Origin: Eledone cirrhosa
Taxonomy: Eukaryota
Direction of reading: 5' to 3'
DNA: 64,000 bases
NCBI GenBank assembly: GCA_964016885.1
Contig: OZ024751.1
Location: forward strand, 40,796,001-40,860,000
Under the pieces are notes generated by a model. It was given only the letters and a program-made list of their open reading frames with translations, was not told the DNA's origin and ran no database searches. The position numbers and the translations under genes are program-made. Below, piece after piece: positions 14,428-29,278 of the stretch. The number at the start of each line of letters is the position of its first letter. The first letter of the stretch is position 1.

Positions 14428-14627
14428 TACACTGGCGATGAACAGATTTATACACTGGCTATGTACAGACATATACTGGCTATGTACAGACTTATACACC
14501 GGCTATGTACAGACTTATATACTGGCTATGTACAGTTTATATATACTGGCTATTTACAGATTTATACACTGGCTATTTACAGACTTATACACCGGCTATT
14601 TACAAACTTATACACTGGCTATTTACA
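14428..14627. repeat. ~24-bp minisatellite (TATACACTGGCTATGTACAGACT)
   Basis: About 8 units. Confidence 0.9.
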
Positions 14628-15369
14628 ATCAACATTTCCATTACAATATCTTTGTTATCAATTTTCTTTTATTTTGTATTTTCTTTATTTATTTATCTAT
14701 TTTTATTTTCATCTTTTATCTTTCCATTTACATTGTTAATTTCTTTTTTCTTTTCTTATTTCATTTAATTCTGTCAATTATCTGTCTTCTATTCTAGTCA
14801 TTCCACCATTCAACCATTCCACCATTCCACCATTCCACCAACCTGCCATTCCGACATTCCGTCACACTTTTCTCTCGCTTCTTTAAAAAAATACTATATA
14901 TCTTTGTCCAATGGGATTCTTAATAATGTTTCGTTTTTTTTAAAAATTTATTTTGAGTCATTTTAGATTCCATCTATTATATAAAATGGCGACCATATTT
15001 AAATCTGTCAGTTGTGAATCCCGGTTTAGATATTTCAAGCGACTCCACACCAAGGCACATACATCTAGAAAGACACAACACAATGTTGATTATAGTGAAG
15101 CAGATGTAATCATTCACGCCAGGAAGTCATTGCATAGGATGAGTGAAAGACACAAATCATTAGTTTGATGTCACAAAAGGCTGCTCTGATAAGAAGTCGT
15201 TTCCGATCTACTTGGGCTATTCATACTAGATAAGCTTCAATCTAAATTTAACCCTTAGATATAATTCTGTACAGATACGACGGTCAAACTGTTTTTTGAC
15301 AACATAAGCGGACAAAGGAAATACCAAAATAGTATTTTCTTTATAAAGAATTAGAATTTAACATCACTA

Positions 15370-15869
15370 TACGAGAGTCGGCTGAAAAGTTCATAGGCTG
15401 TCTATGAAGGAGTGATGCTTGAGCTGTGAAATCTTGCATACATTAATTTCAAATTTTCTTCTTAAAAACTGCATTCTTTCTTTCCAAGGACTATGTTGAA
15501 AAATAAACCTCATTTGATCATTCCACGAGAGTATCTTGGTCAGCCTATGACTACGAAGGAGTGATGTTAGAGCTGTGAAATCTTGCATGCATTAAGTTCA
15601 ACTTTTCTTCTTAATAACTGCATTGTTTCTTTCCAGGGACTATATTGAAAAATAAACCCCATTTGGTCATTCCATGAGAGTATCTTGGTCAGCCTATGAC
15701 TACGAAGGAGTGATGTTAGAGCTGTGAAATCTTGCATGCATTAATTTCAACTTATCTTCTTAATAACTGCATTGTTTCTTTCCAGGGACTATATTGAAAA
15801 ATAAACCCCATTTGGTCATTCCACGAGAGTATCTTGGTCAGCCTATAAGCTTTTCAGCCGACCCTCGTA
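15370..15869 (-). mobile_element. Mariner-type MITE with 3 internal 149-bp tandem units
   Basis: TACGAGAGTCGGCTGAAAAGTTCATAGGCTG ... CAGCCTATAAGCTTTTCAGCCGACCCTCGTA. Units fall at 15531, 15680 and 15829. Confidence 0.9.
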
Positions 15870-16297
15870 ATTACGTAGACAACGACGGTTAAGCTTTATA
15901 GATTTTGTGCCAGAAAATTGCGGCATTACAAATTCAAGAAACATAAATACAAACTACATGAGTTGTATGTTAATGTGTTTTTAGATTCAAGAAATTAATG
16001 AAGTCACTAGTAAGATGGTTTTATACATAACACATTTTTATCAATAACGATATGATCGATCTCACATTGTTAGATATTTCATAAAGATAAATTGATAACA
16101 GATAACAAATATCGCTGATAGTACCGATCTCTCAGTTTCTCATTTGTCTATGAAGTTGTTGAGTTGCTTCAACATAATAAAATATAAATTATCTACTATT
16201 TATGTATTGGAATATGATGGAGTGGTGTTGTCCCGGTATGTGACTAATGGGGTCGAGTGGTCACGTCATACTCATATTCTTTATATATTAAGAAATA

Positions 16298-16362
16298 TGT
16301 TCATTTGGTCATTCCATGAGAGTATCTGGGTCAGCCTGTGAACTTTTGAGCCGACCCTCCTA
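16298..16362 (-). mobile_element. MITE terminal fragment
   Basis: CATTTGGTCATTCCATGAGAGTATC...GCCGACCCTCCTA. Confidence 0.8.
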
Positions 16363-17378
16363 TATCTCACTGATGAAAAACCACCTCAGAAAAGAACGTA
16401 AAAGTTAAAATGAAAATTTATAGATTTCAAATATTTACAATGTATTTTGTAATCTTCCCAAACTGTGAATTTAAGTTTTGGGATTACCCAAACAGTATTT
16501 CTAAATCCGGACATAACCGAATTATGTCCGTATTGATTTCTGCATTAAATGAAATTAGATGAAAATATTTTGAACATTAAGTATTAGATGAGGGATAATT
16601 GTAATATAACAATTAAGGAAACATATTTAATTACATTCAAATTAATGTAATAAATTGCAATTTATTTGCTGTTGCCTCTAGTTTTCCTGTCTCCAAATGT
16701 TTGATGTTCTCAACTTCTAAAGAATAATTATATCACTAATATATTCCCCACATTTTAGTTATTGAATAAACGATGTTGTTTTCCCTTATCTATTCCAGTC
16801 TGAGGAGATCAAATTCGAATTCTAGTTAGAGTTATTAAATATAATTTTATGGAGGGAATTAATTTTAGAAGTTTTTTTAGTTTCTGCCAACAAATCTCAA
16901 AACGTCACTAGCAATTATTTAGGAAATACTTGCTGGTGACTGTTATGACTGTGATGAGCAGAGGAGAGCAGAGGTTTATTTCCTTCTAGACACATCTACC
17001 ACAAAACAGTAATTTAGAGAATAACACGGATGTTACACTCCCCCCCCCCCCATCACCATCACCACTCCCACCACCAGCACCGTCGTTTTCTCATCCTTTA
17101 AAACTTCCTGTTTATGAAACAAATATTCACAGTAAGCTATTGCTGTATTCTGTGTTCTGGGCGCAAATGATGTCATGTTTGGGTTATATTATCTTAGTTA
17201 TCATTCAGCAATAATACGTCTGTCCTAGACGGAAGAATTAACTCCGAACTGATAGAGAGCAGCAAAGAATTGGGGCCCTACTCATGTTTAAGTGATGGAC
17301 AGCAAAAAAAAAAAAAAAATGAGTTACTACTCATATATAGCTCTCCAATAAACCAATGGCAAATAGTATCATAAATTT

Positions 17379-17902
17379 AGAGACAGATCTTATTGGAAAC
17401 GAGAGATCTCCAATCTCAAGAGTTTGGTTGATAAGTGGCAGAGACAGATCTTATTGGAAATGAGAGATGTCCAGCCTCAAGAGTTTGGTTGATAAGTGGC
17501 AGAGACAGATCTTATTGGAAACGAGAGTTCTCCAGCCTCAAGAGTTTGGTTGATAAGTGGCAGAGACAGATCTTATTGGAAACGAGAGTTCTCCAGCCTC
17601 AAGAGTTTGGTTGATAAGTGGCAGAGACAGATCTTATTGGAAACGAGAGTTCTCCAGCCTCAAGAGTTTGGTTGATAAGTGACAGAGACAGATCTTATTG
17701 GAAATGAGAGTTCTCCAACCTCAAGAGTTTGGTTGATAAGTGGCAGAGACAGATCTTATTGGAAACGAGAGTTCTCCAACCTCAAGAGTTTGGTTGATAA
17801 GTGGCAGAGACAGATCTTATTGGAAACGAGAGTTCTCCAGCCTCAAGAGTTTGGTTGATAAGTGACAAAGACCGACTGCGTTGGAAACGAAAGATCTCCA
17901 AC
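17379..17902. repeat. 61-bp tandem repeat, ~8.5 copies
   Basis: AGAGACAGATCTTATTGGAAACGAGAGTTCTCCAGCCTCAAGAGTTTGGTTGATAAGTGGC. Confidence 0.95.
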
Positions 17903-17988
17903 TTTCTTCGGAAAAGAAGCAACGTTGAATCTTTCAGAAAGTCATGTCTGTAGTTCTTCCAAAGAATATGTCTTTAGAAATGATTCAA

Positions 17989-18070
<82 letters not shown>

Positions 18071-18186
18071 GGTCGTAGTATGTAACAGATACTCCGAGAA
18101 GATTGGATATATAAAAGTCAACATCTCACGACTCCCCAAGAATAGAGAAATACTGGAAAAACAAACATCACCTCATATATATATAC

Positions 18187-18403
18187 GGTTCAAGAGTAAA
18201 CCAATCTTAAAGAGAGAGATGGAGATAGGAGAGGAGAAGAGAGATTAGTGAATTTGTTAGAAGGCAAAAGCGTAAAGGCATGTGCTCAATGTGCAATATG
18301 CAGTGGAAGGCAGCTAGGTGGCTGGGTTCATGCAGAGATTAGGTGCACAGAGCTGGAAATATTCATTAGTTAAGCAAAACACAGTGGTCTTTTGCTTAAC
18401 TAA

Positions 18404-18410
<7 letters not shown>
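18187..18410 (-). mobile_element. TA-flanked insert with a terminal 21-bp fold-back
   Basis: ATATTCATTAGTTAAGCAAAA-(10 nt)-TTTTGCTTAACTAATGAATAT followed by (TA)n. A short TA run also lies at 18175-18186. Confidence 0.55.
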
Positions 18411-18459
<49 letters not shown>

Positions 18460-19211
18460 TACGTGTGTGTGTGTGTGTGCAAGTACCTATGCCTTGTTTA
18501 CGTCTGTTTTTGTACTCCATAACGTAGCGGTGCCCCAGTATGGTCGAAGTTAGTGAAACTGTGTGTGTGTATGTGTCAGGTGACGGTACAGATAGACCAT
18601 TATCAGTCAATAGCTATCAACAAGAAAAGTATTTTATTTGTACCTTGTTGGTGGAATATTGCAAAGTCTAGTGGATGTCTACTGCTATGGAACGAAATCG
18701 AACATCGATATTTACACAGCCAATATATGCATCAACAAAACCCAGCTGTTAATAAATCTACTTTTTTTTTCCTAGTTTTCTTTGAAATATTTAACATGGA
18801 TGTCTAAACATGTGTTAGATGAATTAAAATTCCCTTCACTACATCAATCAGATTACAAAGAATTACTGTGCTCAACATAGCAACAATAAAGTCTCTTGAA
18901 CATAATATTTTCCGCATTATGTTATTCTTAGTTATTTTTTTAATAATGAAGTTAGATGGATTTACGTTCTTTGATCGCTGAGAGAGGATTTTATTAGTAA
19001 TATTTTGAGGTAATTTCACAGCCTCGTCGTATTGATCTTTCAAATTTAAATACTGAACATTGAAGTAGAATCTTATCATGGTTAGTTGTAGCTCAACTGA
19101 TTCATACTGTTTAAAATACATAGTCAATAACATGGCAGTATGAAAGGAACTGGGTTTGGTTTGTTTTGTTTTTTGACTCGCCATATTAATTTTTATTCTT
19201 GACAACATAAT

Positions 19212-19520
19212 ACTGGATAGATTTTATGGGCCAAAACCAGCCGGCAGAAGACCCATGAGTAGACCTCGAGCAAAATGGTTGGATAACATCCATGAACTCA
19301 GCTGGTTTCGCTTGGGGATATAACCGGATCAATTGGAGACGTTTACTTTTGACAGGGACCGCTGGATAGGGTGTTTGAGGACTCTGCCTCCCCCACCATG
19401 ACTCTCTCAGAAATAATTAGGCGAAGAAGAAAAAAAAAGAAAAAAAAGAAAGAAAAAGAAGAAAAGAAAGAAAAAGAAGAAAAGAAAGAAAAAGAAGAAG
19501 ATAAAGAAGACGAAGAAGAA
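19212..19520 (+). mobile_element. 5'-truncated RTE-clade LINE 3' end with GAA-rich tail
   Basis: Relic of G-R-R-P-x-x-R-P-R-x-x-W-L-D-N-I, a (GAA)-type tail and a possible TSD AACATAAT (19204 and 19521). Confidence 0.8.
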
Positions 19521-19956
19521 AACATAATTTAGATCTGCTACTTTTCAGAAGTAAGAAGAAATAAGATCGTTGGTTTAAGGTTACATTTTAAATCCCTAAT
19601 CTCTCTCGTCTGCCAACAAGAGAAAATTTGGAGTAAAATACAAAGAGTAATTATTTATCTTCTATAGGTCTTTATATTTTCAGTAACATTGCTCTCTCTT
19701 TCTTCCCGAGTCTAAAGGTCAATGTTCGTTGAACGTTCTAAGTTTCTATCACTTTTTCAAGTTATTAAATCTCGTGATAATAACAAGTGAATCGCTCTAT
19801 GTATTCTATATCTCTACACTGCTTTAGTCATTATACATACATACATTATATATGTATATATATATATTTCTTTTATACCAGCATTGTTATGTATACACAC
19901 ACACACATATGATTCTCTAGGACCAGCAACGTTATATACATATACATACATACACA

Positions 19957-20061
<105 letters not shown>

Positions 20062-20062
20062 C

Positions 20063-20134
<72 letters not shown>

Positions 20135-20914
20135 TGTGTGTGTGTGTATATATATTTATATACATACGTTCATATACACTCATACATACACACATATATA
20201 CATGCATATACATGTGTATGTGCATATGTATATGCATATATATATATATATACATAGCATTTCTGGCAAAAGAGAATCACATTTACTAACTCTAGTCTTG
20301 TTAGGTAAATGATGTATGATAGGGATATAACAAGAGTTTGCTAGCAATTATCACTTATACTGTTTGCTACGAATGGAGTCGATTCCGGACTTTATTGGAA
20401 TAAATTCTTCACAATATATTCATATCATTCTAATATCTGTATTTCAATTGAATAGTTCGTTTTATGGCGAATAGTGAAAGGCTGCTTGAAATATATTGTA
20501 CGTCGTTGCTGGACAAAAGGCATAGTTTAGATCTATTGACAGCCTGGTAGTACTTCAAACACCACCTTTATCATTATTTCTATATGTATGCCTATAATTG
20601 CGCTATGGTTAACAAACTTGCAGAGCAGAGCAAAGCTAACTCTTGTCTTTCTCTTTCATTCGCTGACAAAGGGGCATAAGCACGTTGATATTTGATTCGG
20701 TATCAACGCTACTTTCTTTGAAATTCTAGATGGTTTGTAATAATTTGAAACTTATCAACCCTGTTATTTGGTCTCTGTGTGTATACACAATTCCCGAATG
20801 TTTGCCGAAGTGAATGTGTTTATTTACTGATAAATGAACAATTTCCGCTTTGATAGATACAAGATCTTGCCAAGTAAAGATCATTATACATTGTTCGATT
20901 TAAATATTTTATAG

Positions 20915-21395
20915 GAATCGATCGACTAGATCCCAGACCTCATTCGCTTACTGAGTAGAGAAGAACTTGTCAAATCGGACCAAGGAGACAATGTTTCCAT
21001 TGGTCTTTCCAAGCTGATACCATCTACCGTTCACAACTTCTGGCAGAAAGTGAACTAAAGTGTCTTTTTCAAGGACATAACGTATCGCCCCGGCCCGGGA
21101 ATCGAACTCACAACCACAATTCTCAAATTCATTCTTTAGCTTGTAGAAGACCAGCAGTAGCCAATACACACCAGTCCCTCTCCTCCACGCCACCGATGTT
21201 GTCCAAGGGAAAATGCAATGGCCGATTGAGCTTGGCATCAGTGACGCCACAACATTTTTACAGCTGAGTAAACTGGAGCAACTTGAAATAAAGTATCTTC
21301 TTCAAGGACACAACGCATCACCCGGTCCGGGAATCGAACTCACTGCCTCACGATTGCCAGCCCAACCGCTCTAACCACTAAGTCATGCACCTTCA
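20915..21395 (-). mobile_element. SINE family B, two adjacent or nested copies
   Basis: Two CCGGGAATCGAACTCAC heads, each preceded by an AAAGTRTCTT..TCAAGGACA core. Confidence 0.75.
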
Positions 21396-21747
21396 TGTAA
21401 GCACAACAGAAAATGTAATCTAGAAACTAATCTAAGTTTATATATTCAAATATCATCAGTTTCATCTTTGTGTTTCAAATAATTAATAGTAGTAAAATGA
21501 ACCTCCGTCAGTTTCAACGATGAATATTCTAGTTTGATTAATGGAACAGCCAGCACGTGAAATTAACGTACAAGATAGAGATAAAAATAATAATAAAAAG
21601 ATATTCCATTTAGATGTTATTTTAGATTAGTTTCAATAAAAGATATTCATTTATAAATCTGTGTTGTTTTTTGTGTTATATCAAAGGGGAGATAAATAGT
21701 GAGACATCATGTCTGGTGATAACTCTCTCACAGTAGTGAAAATATTG

Positions 21748-21966
21748 ATTTCTAGTATAGGCAAAAGGCCAGTAATTTGGGGGAAGGGAAAGTCGATTAA
21801 ATCGACCCCCAGTACGTTACTGGTACTTTATTTTATCGACCCCGTAGGGATGAAAGGCAAAGTAAACCTGGGTGGGATTTGAACTCAGGCCGCAAAGGGA
21901 CGTAACGCTGTACTACAAAGTATGGCGTCAGACTCTCTACCGATACTGCCAATCCACCACCCTGAG
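21748..21966 (-). mobile_element. SINE family A, full length, 17-bp TSD
   Basis: TSD CAGTAGTGAAAATATTG at 21731 and 21967. A and B boxes are on the minus strand. Confidence 0.92.
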
Positions 21967-21995
21967 CAGTAGTGAAAATATTGTTATAAGATTAG

Positions 21996-22310
21996 TGTGG
22001 TAGATTGTCAGTAGTTCAAATCCTGCTGAGGTTGGCTTTTCCTTTCATCCTTACGGGGTCGATAAAATAAAGTACCAGTAATACACTGGGGTCCATTTAA
22101 TCGACTTTACCCTCTCCAACAATTTTGGGGAGGGGAAAGTTGATTAAATTGGCCCCTAATGGCTTACTGGTACTTTATTTCATCGACCCTGTAATTGATG
22201 AAAGGCAAAGCTAACCTCAGCAGGATTTGAACTCAGAACGTAAAGGGCTGTAACTCTATGCCACAAAATATGCTGCCCGACGCTCTACCGGCACTGTCAA
22301 TCCACCACCA
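21996..22310. mobile_element. Tail-to-tail pair of SINE A copies (+ then -)
   Basis: Core is forward at ~22040-22080 and reversed at ~22165-22210. Confidence 0.85.
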
Positions 22311-22495
22311 TTGATTGAGTTATTAATAAAGGAAGGTAATTATTCGTCTTAATTCTATTGAACACGGAATTCTATTCAGTTCAATGGTAAAACAAGACAA
22401 TACATGAAATTCATACTTTCTTCATCTGCAAATATTTCTAGGAAAACCGAACGTGTTCACACTTGTGAAATGAATATACAGACAAATGTGTGTGG

Positions 22496-22621
<126 letters not shown>

Positions 22622-22639
22622 ATTATTGTGGCAAGTAAG

Positions 22640-22760
22640 AGCGGTGGATTGCCAGCATCGGTAGAGCGTCGGATAGCAGTTATGGCTTGTTACGTTCTGA
22701 GTTCAAATCTCGCCGAGGTTATCTTTGTCTTTCATTCTTACTAAGTTGATAAAATATATT
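22640..22760 (+). mobile_element. SINE A, partial
   Basis: GCGGTGGATTGCCAGCATCGGTAGAG...GAGTTCAAATCTCGCCGAGG. Confidence 0.8.
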
Positions 22761-23262
22761 ATGAGTAACACACAGACACCCATGTCTAATACATTAACAT
22801 AATTTATTCGAACAAAAAATATGGTTAGACAGGCTGAGTATCTCGATACAGGACATTTATAACGAATGAATAATGGAAAATAAATAGGTTGCGAACAGAA
22901 CAGAACGTAAAATGTCTGATTGCAGACGACATTGCTGACACCTATCTACATTGTGCTGCGTTCTATTTTTGGAAGCATTAGTTTGAGTACTATAAAGAAA
23001 TACAATTTTGGAAACCCATTGTATCGCTGAAAAAGCTCTGAAGATTTAAACTATATTTATTCAGAGTGATGCAAAACTAGAGTGCTGTCAGCTCATATTA
23101 TTTATTGTTTTATAAACTAAACATTCAAATAAAGCTAGAAATAAGATATATATATATATGCACAGTAAATATTGTAGCAGCGATCATATTGTTTCATTTC
23201 GCTCTTGCTTAAATTTGATTTTAAATAACCCATTAAATTCACACACAACAGACTATATATAT

Positions 23263-23392
23263 ATTGAAAAATTCAGGACCCCGACGGCTGAGCTCCGGCC
23301 GTTTCAACAGCTAGATCCGTATCGAGTAATCTGGCGAGTAATGGTCTAATTGGCTTTCACGGCCACCATTCTGATATTTTAGTCTTCACATT
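23263..23392. mobile_element. PLE-like 'GACCCCGACGGC' family insert, old copy
   Basis: Homologous to 55162-55219 and then to 58474-58506. Flanked by TA and TAC tracts. Confidence 0.65.
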
Positions 23393-23417
23393 TATTACTA
23401 CTACTACTACTACTACT

Positions 23418-23823
<406 letters not shown>

Positions 23824-23967
23824 CCTGCTTCATTTGTTTTGTTATTTCTGTTTGCCTTTCTCTGGGGTCGATGCTTAGGTGATGTAATCACCACGTAACC
23901 ATCGGCCGGAGTTCCCCAGAGAGGCATTCAATATAAAAGACAAGCAACTTCTAATGTTTAGCGATAT

Positions 23968-24215
<248 letters not shown>

Positions 24216-26151
24216 AGCTTCACACCGTGTACCTGAGATTCTGCAGTTCTGGGAATGTCATTTCACATTGTCAAAACTTATATCTTTGTGGTAGTAATGT
24301 TGGTGGTGGTCTTTGTATTTACTATACATACACACATACACATCTATACATTCACACATATACATACACATCTATACATACACACATATCTATATACATC
24401 TATACATACACATCTATACATACACATCTATACATACACATCTATACATATACATATATACATCCTTCAACGAAACTAAGATTACTGTCTATTTGCTAAT
24501 TCTCCTCTCATTGAGTCACATGCCCTGTTATGTAGAACTAGACATCTCATGAATATTCATTTTGGTGTAAGATGTTGAGTAGCTTTAACAAAACCAGATC
24601 TACTTATGTAGTAAGTCACAGCAGATAAACAGAATTTATTCGACGTATTTAATCTGGATAATTCTTGTGATTATTTCAAGAAAATGTTATACAAAATAAT
24701 GTGTTCTTCATAATTAAGAGTAATTTCTCCAAGAGTACATTTTCACACTTTTAATTGAACAATGTTAATGGAAATTTTATTTTATTTTATTTTATTTCTT
24801 TATGTAATACAATTGATTATCTTTATCGAACAATATTCATCTATCGATGCTTTTCAGAAATTCTGAGATAGAGAGACGAGGCTATTCCATTTAGATTTGA
24901 AATTTTAGATTACTATCAATAAAAGATATTCATTTTAAAATTTATCTTTTGTTGTTGATATTGTTGTAGTTGGTGCTACTTTAGAGAGGAGATAAATAAT
25001 GAGACATCAAGTCTGGTGATAACTCTCTCTCAGCAGTGAAAATATAGCTACAAGATGGACTATAACAACTATCTAGCTAATTTATATGTACGTCGCATAG
25101 AAATTGCAGTTGATATTTTGAGCTGAAGATCATGATTCAAAACACGAATCAAATGCTAAGCGACATATCATTCATGAAATAACTACACAGCTGTTAACAC
25201 GTAACACTTGCAATGTTTGGTAGAATTTGCATTTAGGACATTACTGCAACAGTTGATAAAAAGAAACATCAACTGGATATTAACTCACAAGCAAGGTATT
25301 GATATTCTCACTATTTTAATTAAAGAATATTATCTTTTACTCTTTTACTAATTCCACTCAGACTGCGACCAGGCTGGCGCACCGTTTTAAAGGGATTTAG
25401 TCGATCATATCAGCCCAATTAAGTATTCTTTACAAATCTGGTACTTATTTTATCAATCTATTTTTGTCGATCTGCAAAGTTACAAGACATTAACTCAGAC
25501 CTAAGTGAACTAGAAAACATGTCGTTGCACAGAGAACTCCTTATGGCCTATATGGGCCTATTCTAATATATTTTTCATTTGCTCAAGCATTTCATTTGTT
25601 CAAGTATTCCATCTTACAAAAGCGTTTACTATTAATTTCTTGATCAATCTGAACCCCAAATAACAAATAATGAATATCATATCCTATTTTCAGAAATATA
25701 TATAAATAGCTTCACCCTACTTTCGGCAATTCAAATTTCTATTGTCAGTTATCGGAATCATGTTTAAAGAACATTAAGATTCACCTGGTAACTCTTTAAA
25801 ACTTTTGACTGGTCCTTAGAGAATTAAGCCTCTTTGCCAGAACGTGAAGGCTGCAGAATACAAACCGTTGATGTTTCAGTTGGTTAGCATCTTATACAGA
25901 ATTACTACTCTCAAACTTCAACAATATTTGTTAGAATTAAAATTACACATCAGAAAATCATATTTCTATATTTCTTTTCTTCAAATATTCGAAGTAGTCA
26001 AAATAATAGGAATCAATTTATATTTTGTATTCTGCTTCGACTTTGACATGAATTATATATTTAAACATTATTTTGATGAATGATATTGAATAATTTATCT
26101 CAAAGTTGGTAGCTATGTCAGAAATATAAATAACAAGTTTAAAAAGATAGC

Positions 26152-26432
26152 TTGAGAGATCACAGCTCCGGTACTAGAGACATGTGGTTAGAATGTCTAA
26201 GGAAAGAATCACTGTATATATTTTATGGACAAAGACAACCGCCAGGAGACCTAGAGGCAGACCACAGGCACGATGGTTGGGTAATATGCATAAGCTCTAT
26301 TGGTCTGGCTTGGGGGATCCATCCGGATCATTTTGAGACAGTTACGTCTGATAGGACCCTCAAGAAGGTGCGCCTGAGAATTCTGCCCCAACGTCCCTTT
26401 CAGGAATAAGCGTGTGAAGAAGAAGAAGAGAA
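26152..26432 (+). mobile_element. RTE LINE 3' fragment
   Basis: GAGAGATCACAGCTC...CATGTGGTTAGAATGTCTAAGGAAAGAATCACT matches the 99-bp unit at 51.7-52.8 kb. It ends CAGGAATAAGCGTGT(GAA)n. Confidence 0.82.
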
Positions 26433-26577
26433 GAGTTTATGAGAAAAGAGTTTGGGAAATTTGAAAATAAATCTTGAAAGAGAATTGAAATATTCTGAGC
26501 GTAACTTGGGGTTTAGCTTTTTGTTGTAAGGTTATTGATAGGTCGATGAAAGGTGCAGTTCATTATTAGGGAAATGT

Positions 26578-26763
26578 GGTGGTGGATTGGCAGTATCGGT
26601 AGAGGGTCTGACGCCATGCTTTGCAGCAAAGAGTTACGGCCCTTTATGGTCTGAGTTCAAATCCCGCCGAGGTTAACTTTGCCGTTCATCCTTACGGGGT
26701 TGATAAAATAAAGTACCAGTAATGCACTGGTTAATTGCTGGCCTTGTGCCAAAAGTAGAAACA
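26578..26763 (+). mobile_element. SINE A, full length, 16-bp TSD
   Basis: TSD ATTATTAGGGAAATGT at 26562 and 26764. A box TGGCAGTATCGG, B box GAGTTCAAATCC. Confidence 0.95.
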
Positions 26764-27187
26764 ATTATTAGGGAAATGTTGCTTTCACAAGGTAAACTGA
26801 CACAATTCCTATAGTTTTACAATTAATAATGTAGCTAAATAGTTGAGTTGAAGTGACTTTGAGTTTCCAATTATTTCAGTAAAAGAAATATGATAACATT
26901 TGAATATTAAAAGATGACAATGTCGAACGTTCTGAGAAGAAAGTAATCCATATTTTGCATAGACTTTTAGAAATAATTTATCTGAAATTTTAAATGAATT
27001 TTTGAAGAACAAAATAATTGAAATTTGTAGGTTAAGTCGAGATTTCGATTCTTACTTGCGAAGAAAAATACCACAACTATATTTAATGTATGTATGGATC
27101 TGTAACTCTTGATGGGGTAATAGAGGGCATAAAGTCTGGCAGAGGCCCATCCCTCTTTAGGTTAGAACACAGAAGATTTCTTATAGT

Positions 27188-27252
<65 letters not shown>

Positions 27253-27524
27253 GAGTGGTAGAAAGAAAAGGTGAAAGAGATATAGAGGAAGAATCGATCC
27301 CAGTAATCTGACTGGTATTTTTTATCGTTCTCGAAAGGATGAGAGGCATTCGAGTGCATAGAACCGGAACGAATACCACAAAGCCTTCTTATGGACGTTC
27401 AAACTCTGCCAATTTTGCCGCCTATATGCATCTAAGTTAACATTTTGTTTTTATCTTGAAAATCATCTTTAAAATCATCTAATTAATACCATTTATATTT
27501 ATTTCACAGATTTTAAGGGCAAAA

Positions 27525-27936
27525 CTAACCGGCAGGAGATCCAGGGGTAGATCTCGAGCAAGATAGTTGGATAACATTCATGAACTTAGCTGGTCTTGCT
27601 TGGAGATCCAGCCGAATCAATTGAAGATGGTTTCTTCTGACAAGACCCGCTGGAAGATATGCATGAGGACTCTGCCCCCACAGTTGCTTCTGACAGGACT
27701 CGCTTGAAGATATGCTTGAGGACTCTGCCCCCACAGTTGCTTCTGACAGGACTCGCTTGAAGATATGCTTGAGGACTCTGCCCCCACAGTTGCTTCTGAT
27801 AGGACCCACTGGAAGATATGCTTGAGGACTCTGTCCCCACGACCCTCCCAGGAATGAGTGGGCGAAGAAGAAGAAGAAGAAGAAGAAGAAGAAGAAGAAG
27901 AAGAAGAAGAAGAAGAAGAAGAAGAAAAAAAGAAGA
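27525..27936 (+). mobile_element. RTE LINE 3' end with internal ~58-bp x4 tandem and (GAA)n tail
   Basis: Homologous to 19212-19430. GAGGACTCTGCCCCCAC is repeated four times. Confidence 0.85.
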
Positions 27937-28878
27937 TATTTATTTGATATTAATGCGAAATAAAAAGATGGGATTTCACTAAAATCGTCAGGCGACAAGT
28001 AGTAAAATGCTAACATCATCAATGAGAATCAGTGACTGTGTGTATGTAACAAGTGAGAGATCTAATTGAAGTTCTGTTAGCTAGGATACAACAATGTTGT
28101 TTCTTTTTCTATTCTTAACTTTGTTACCGAGATTCAATAGATATTCGAGATAATGATGAATCGATAAAGTAAGAAACCATTCTAACAGAACAATTAGTTT
28201 ATTGTTGACTACAGTATTCTTTCTAAAGGCAAATCTCAAATCTTGCACACTAACCCACCTCAAAATAGTAATATATCACGAAATGGGAAAGGAAATACAA
28301 TATATAAAAAAGTTATTTATTGTAAAAAAACAAAACAAAAATGAACCACCACCACCACCATCGCCACCGACATCAACAACAACACTAACATCAACATCAA
28401 CAAGAAACTATTGATTTTTAGTTTGTATTAAAGATTATCCAAATAAATTATAACTAGTGAAATAAATTGTACACCCCCACCCTCTCTTGTTTTCTTCTTC
28501 TTCTTTGTTTGTTGTTGTTGTTGTTGTTTCTATTGCATTTTGAAATATTTTCTCATTTTTTGTCTACATTTATTCACGTCTCTCGTTTTAGAATTTTCTG
28601 TTTTCTTATTATTTGTATCTTCCTGTTTTTTATTCTCACTTCAATTTCTCGTATTTCAATGGATGCAGCTTCACCAAATCATTAAGTTGTTTGCTTTGCA
28701 ACCATTAGTTCCTGGGTTCGATTTCACTGTCTAGCATCAAGAGAAAGTGTCAGTTTGTGAAATGTTGAGCCACTTACATTTTAATTTCATGAGCTGGCTG
28801 TTTGTTGATCGAACAACTGGAAGACTCATTGTCGAAACAGACGGAGGTCCATTCTATTGTCATATTTCTCTTCCTTAT

Positions 28879-29278
28879 TATCGGTAGAGCGTCAGACACC
28901 ATGCTTTGCAGCATAGAGTTATGGCCTTTGTGTTCTGAATTCAAATCCGCCGAGGTTAACTTTGCTTTCATCCTTACGAGGTCGATAAAATAAAGTACCA
29001 GTAATACACTGGGTAATCGCTGGCCTTGTGCCAAAAGTAGAAACTCTTATTATAAACACTACAATTACGTTCCTTTGCGGTCTGAATTCAAATAGCACCG
29101 AGGCTAGGTTTGGCTTTCCTCCTTACTAGATTGATAAAATAAAGTCCCACTAACACACTGGAGTCAATTTAATCGATTTTCTCCTCACCCCCAACATGTG
29201 TTGGCCCTGTGCCTAAATTAGAAACCGTTATAAACACCACAGTTACGGCTCTTTACGCACTGGGTTCACATCCCGTCG
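28879..29278 (+). mobile_element. Tandem cluster of SINE A copies
   Basis: Two cores plus a third head fragment. Confidence 0.85.

Noticed and set aside
16365-16405. CTGATGA...GAAA (and CTGATGA at 56787)
   Set aside because: No stem I, II or III pairing.
18804-19208. 134-aa non-repetitive ORF
   Set aside because: No recognisable domain and AT-driven composition.
26578-26670. tRNA genes at A/B-box sites
   Set aside because: These are SINE heads with expanded A-B spacing, continuing into the SINE core with TSDs.
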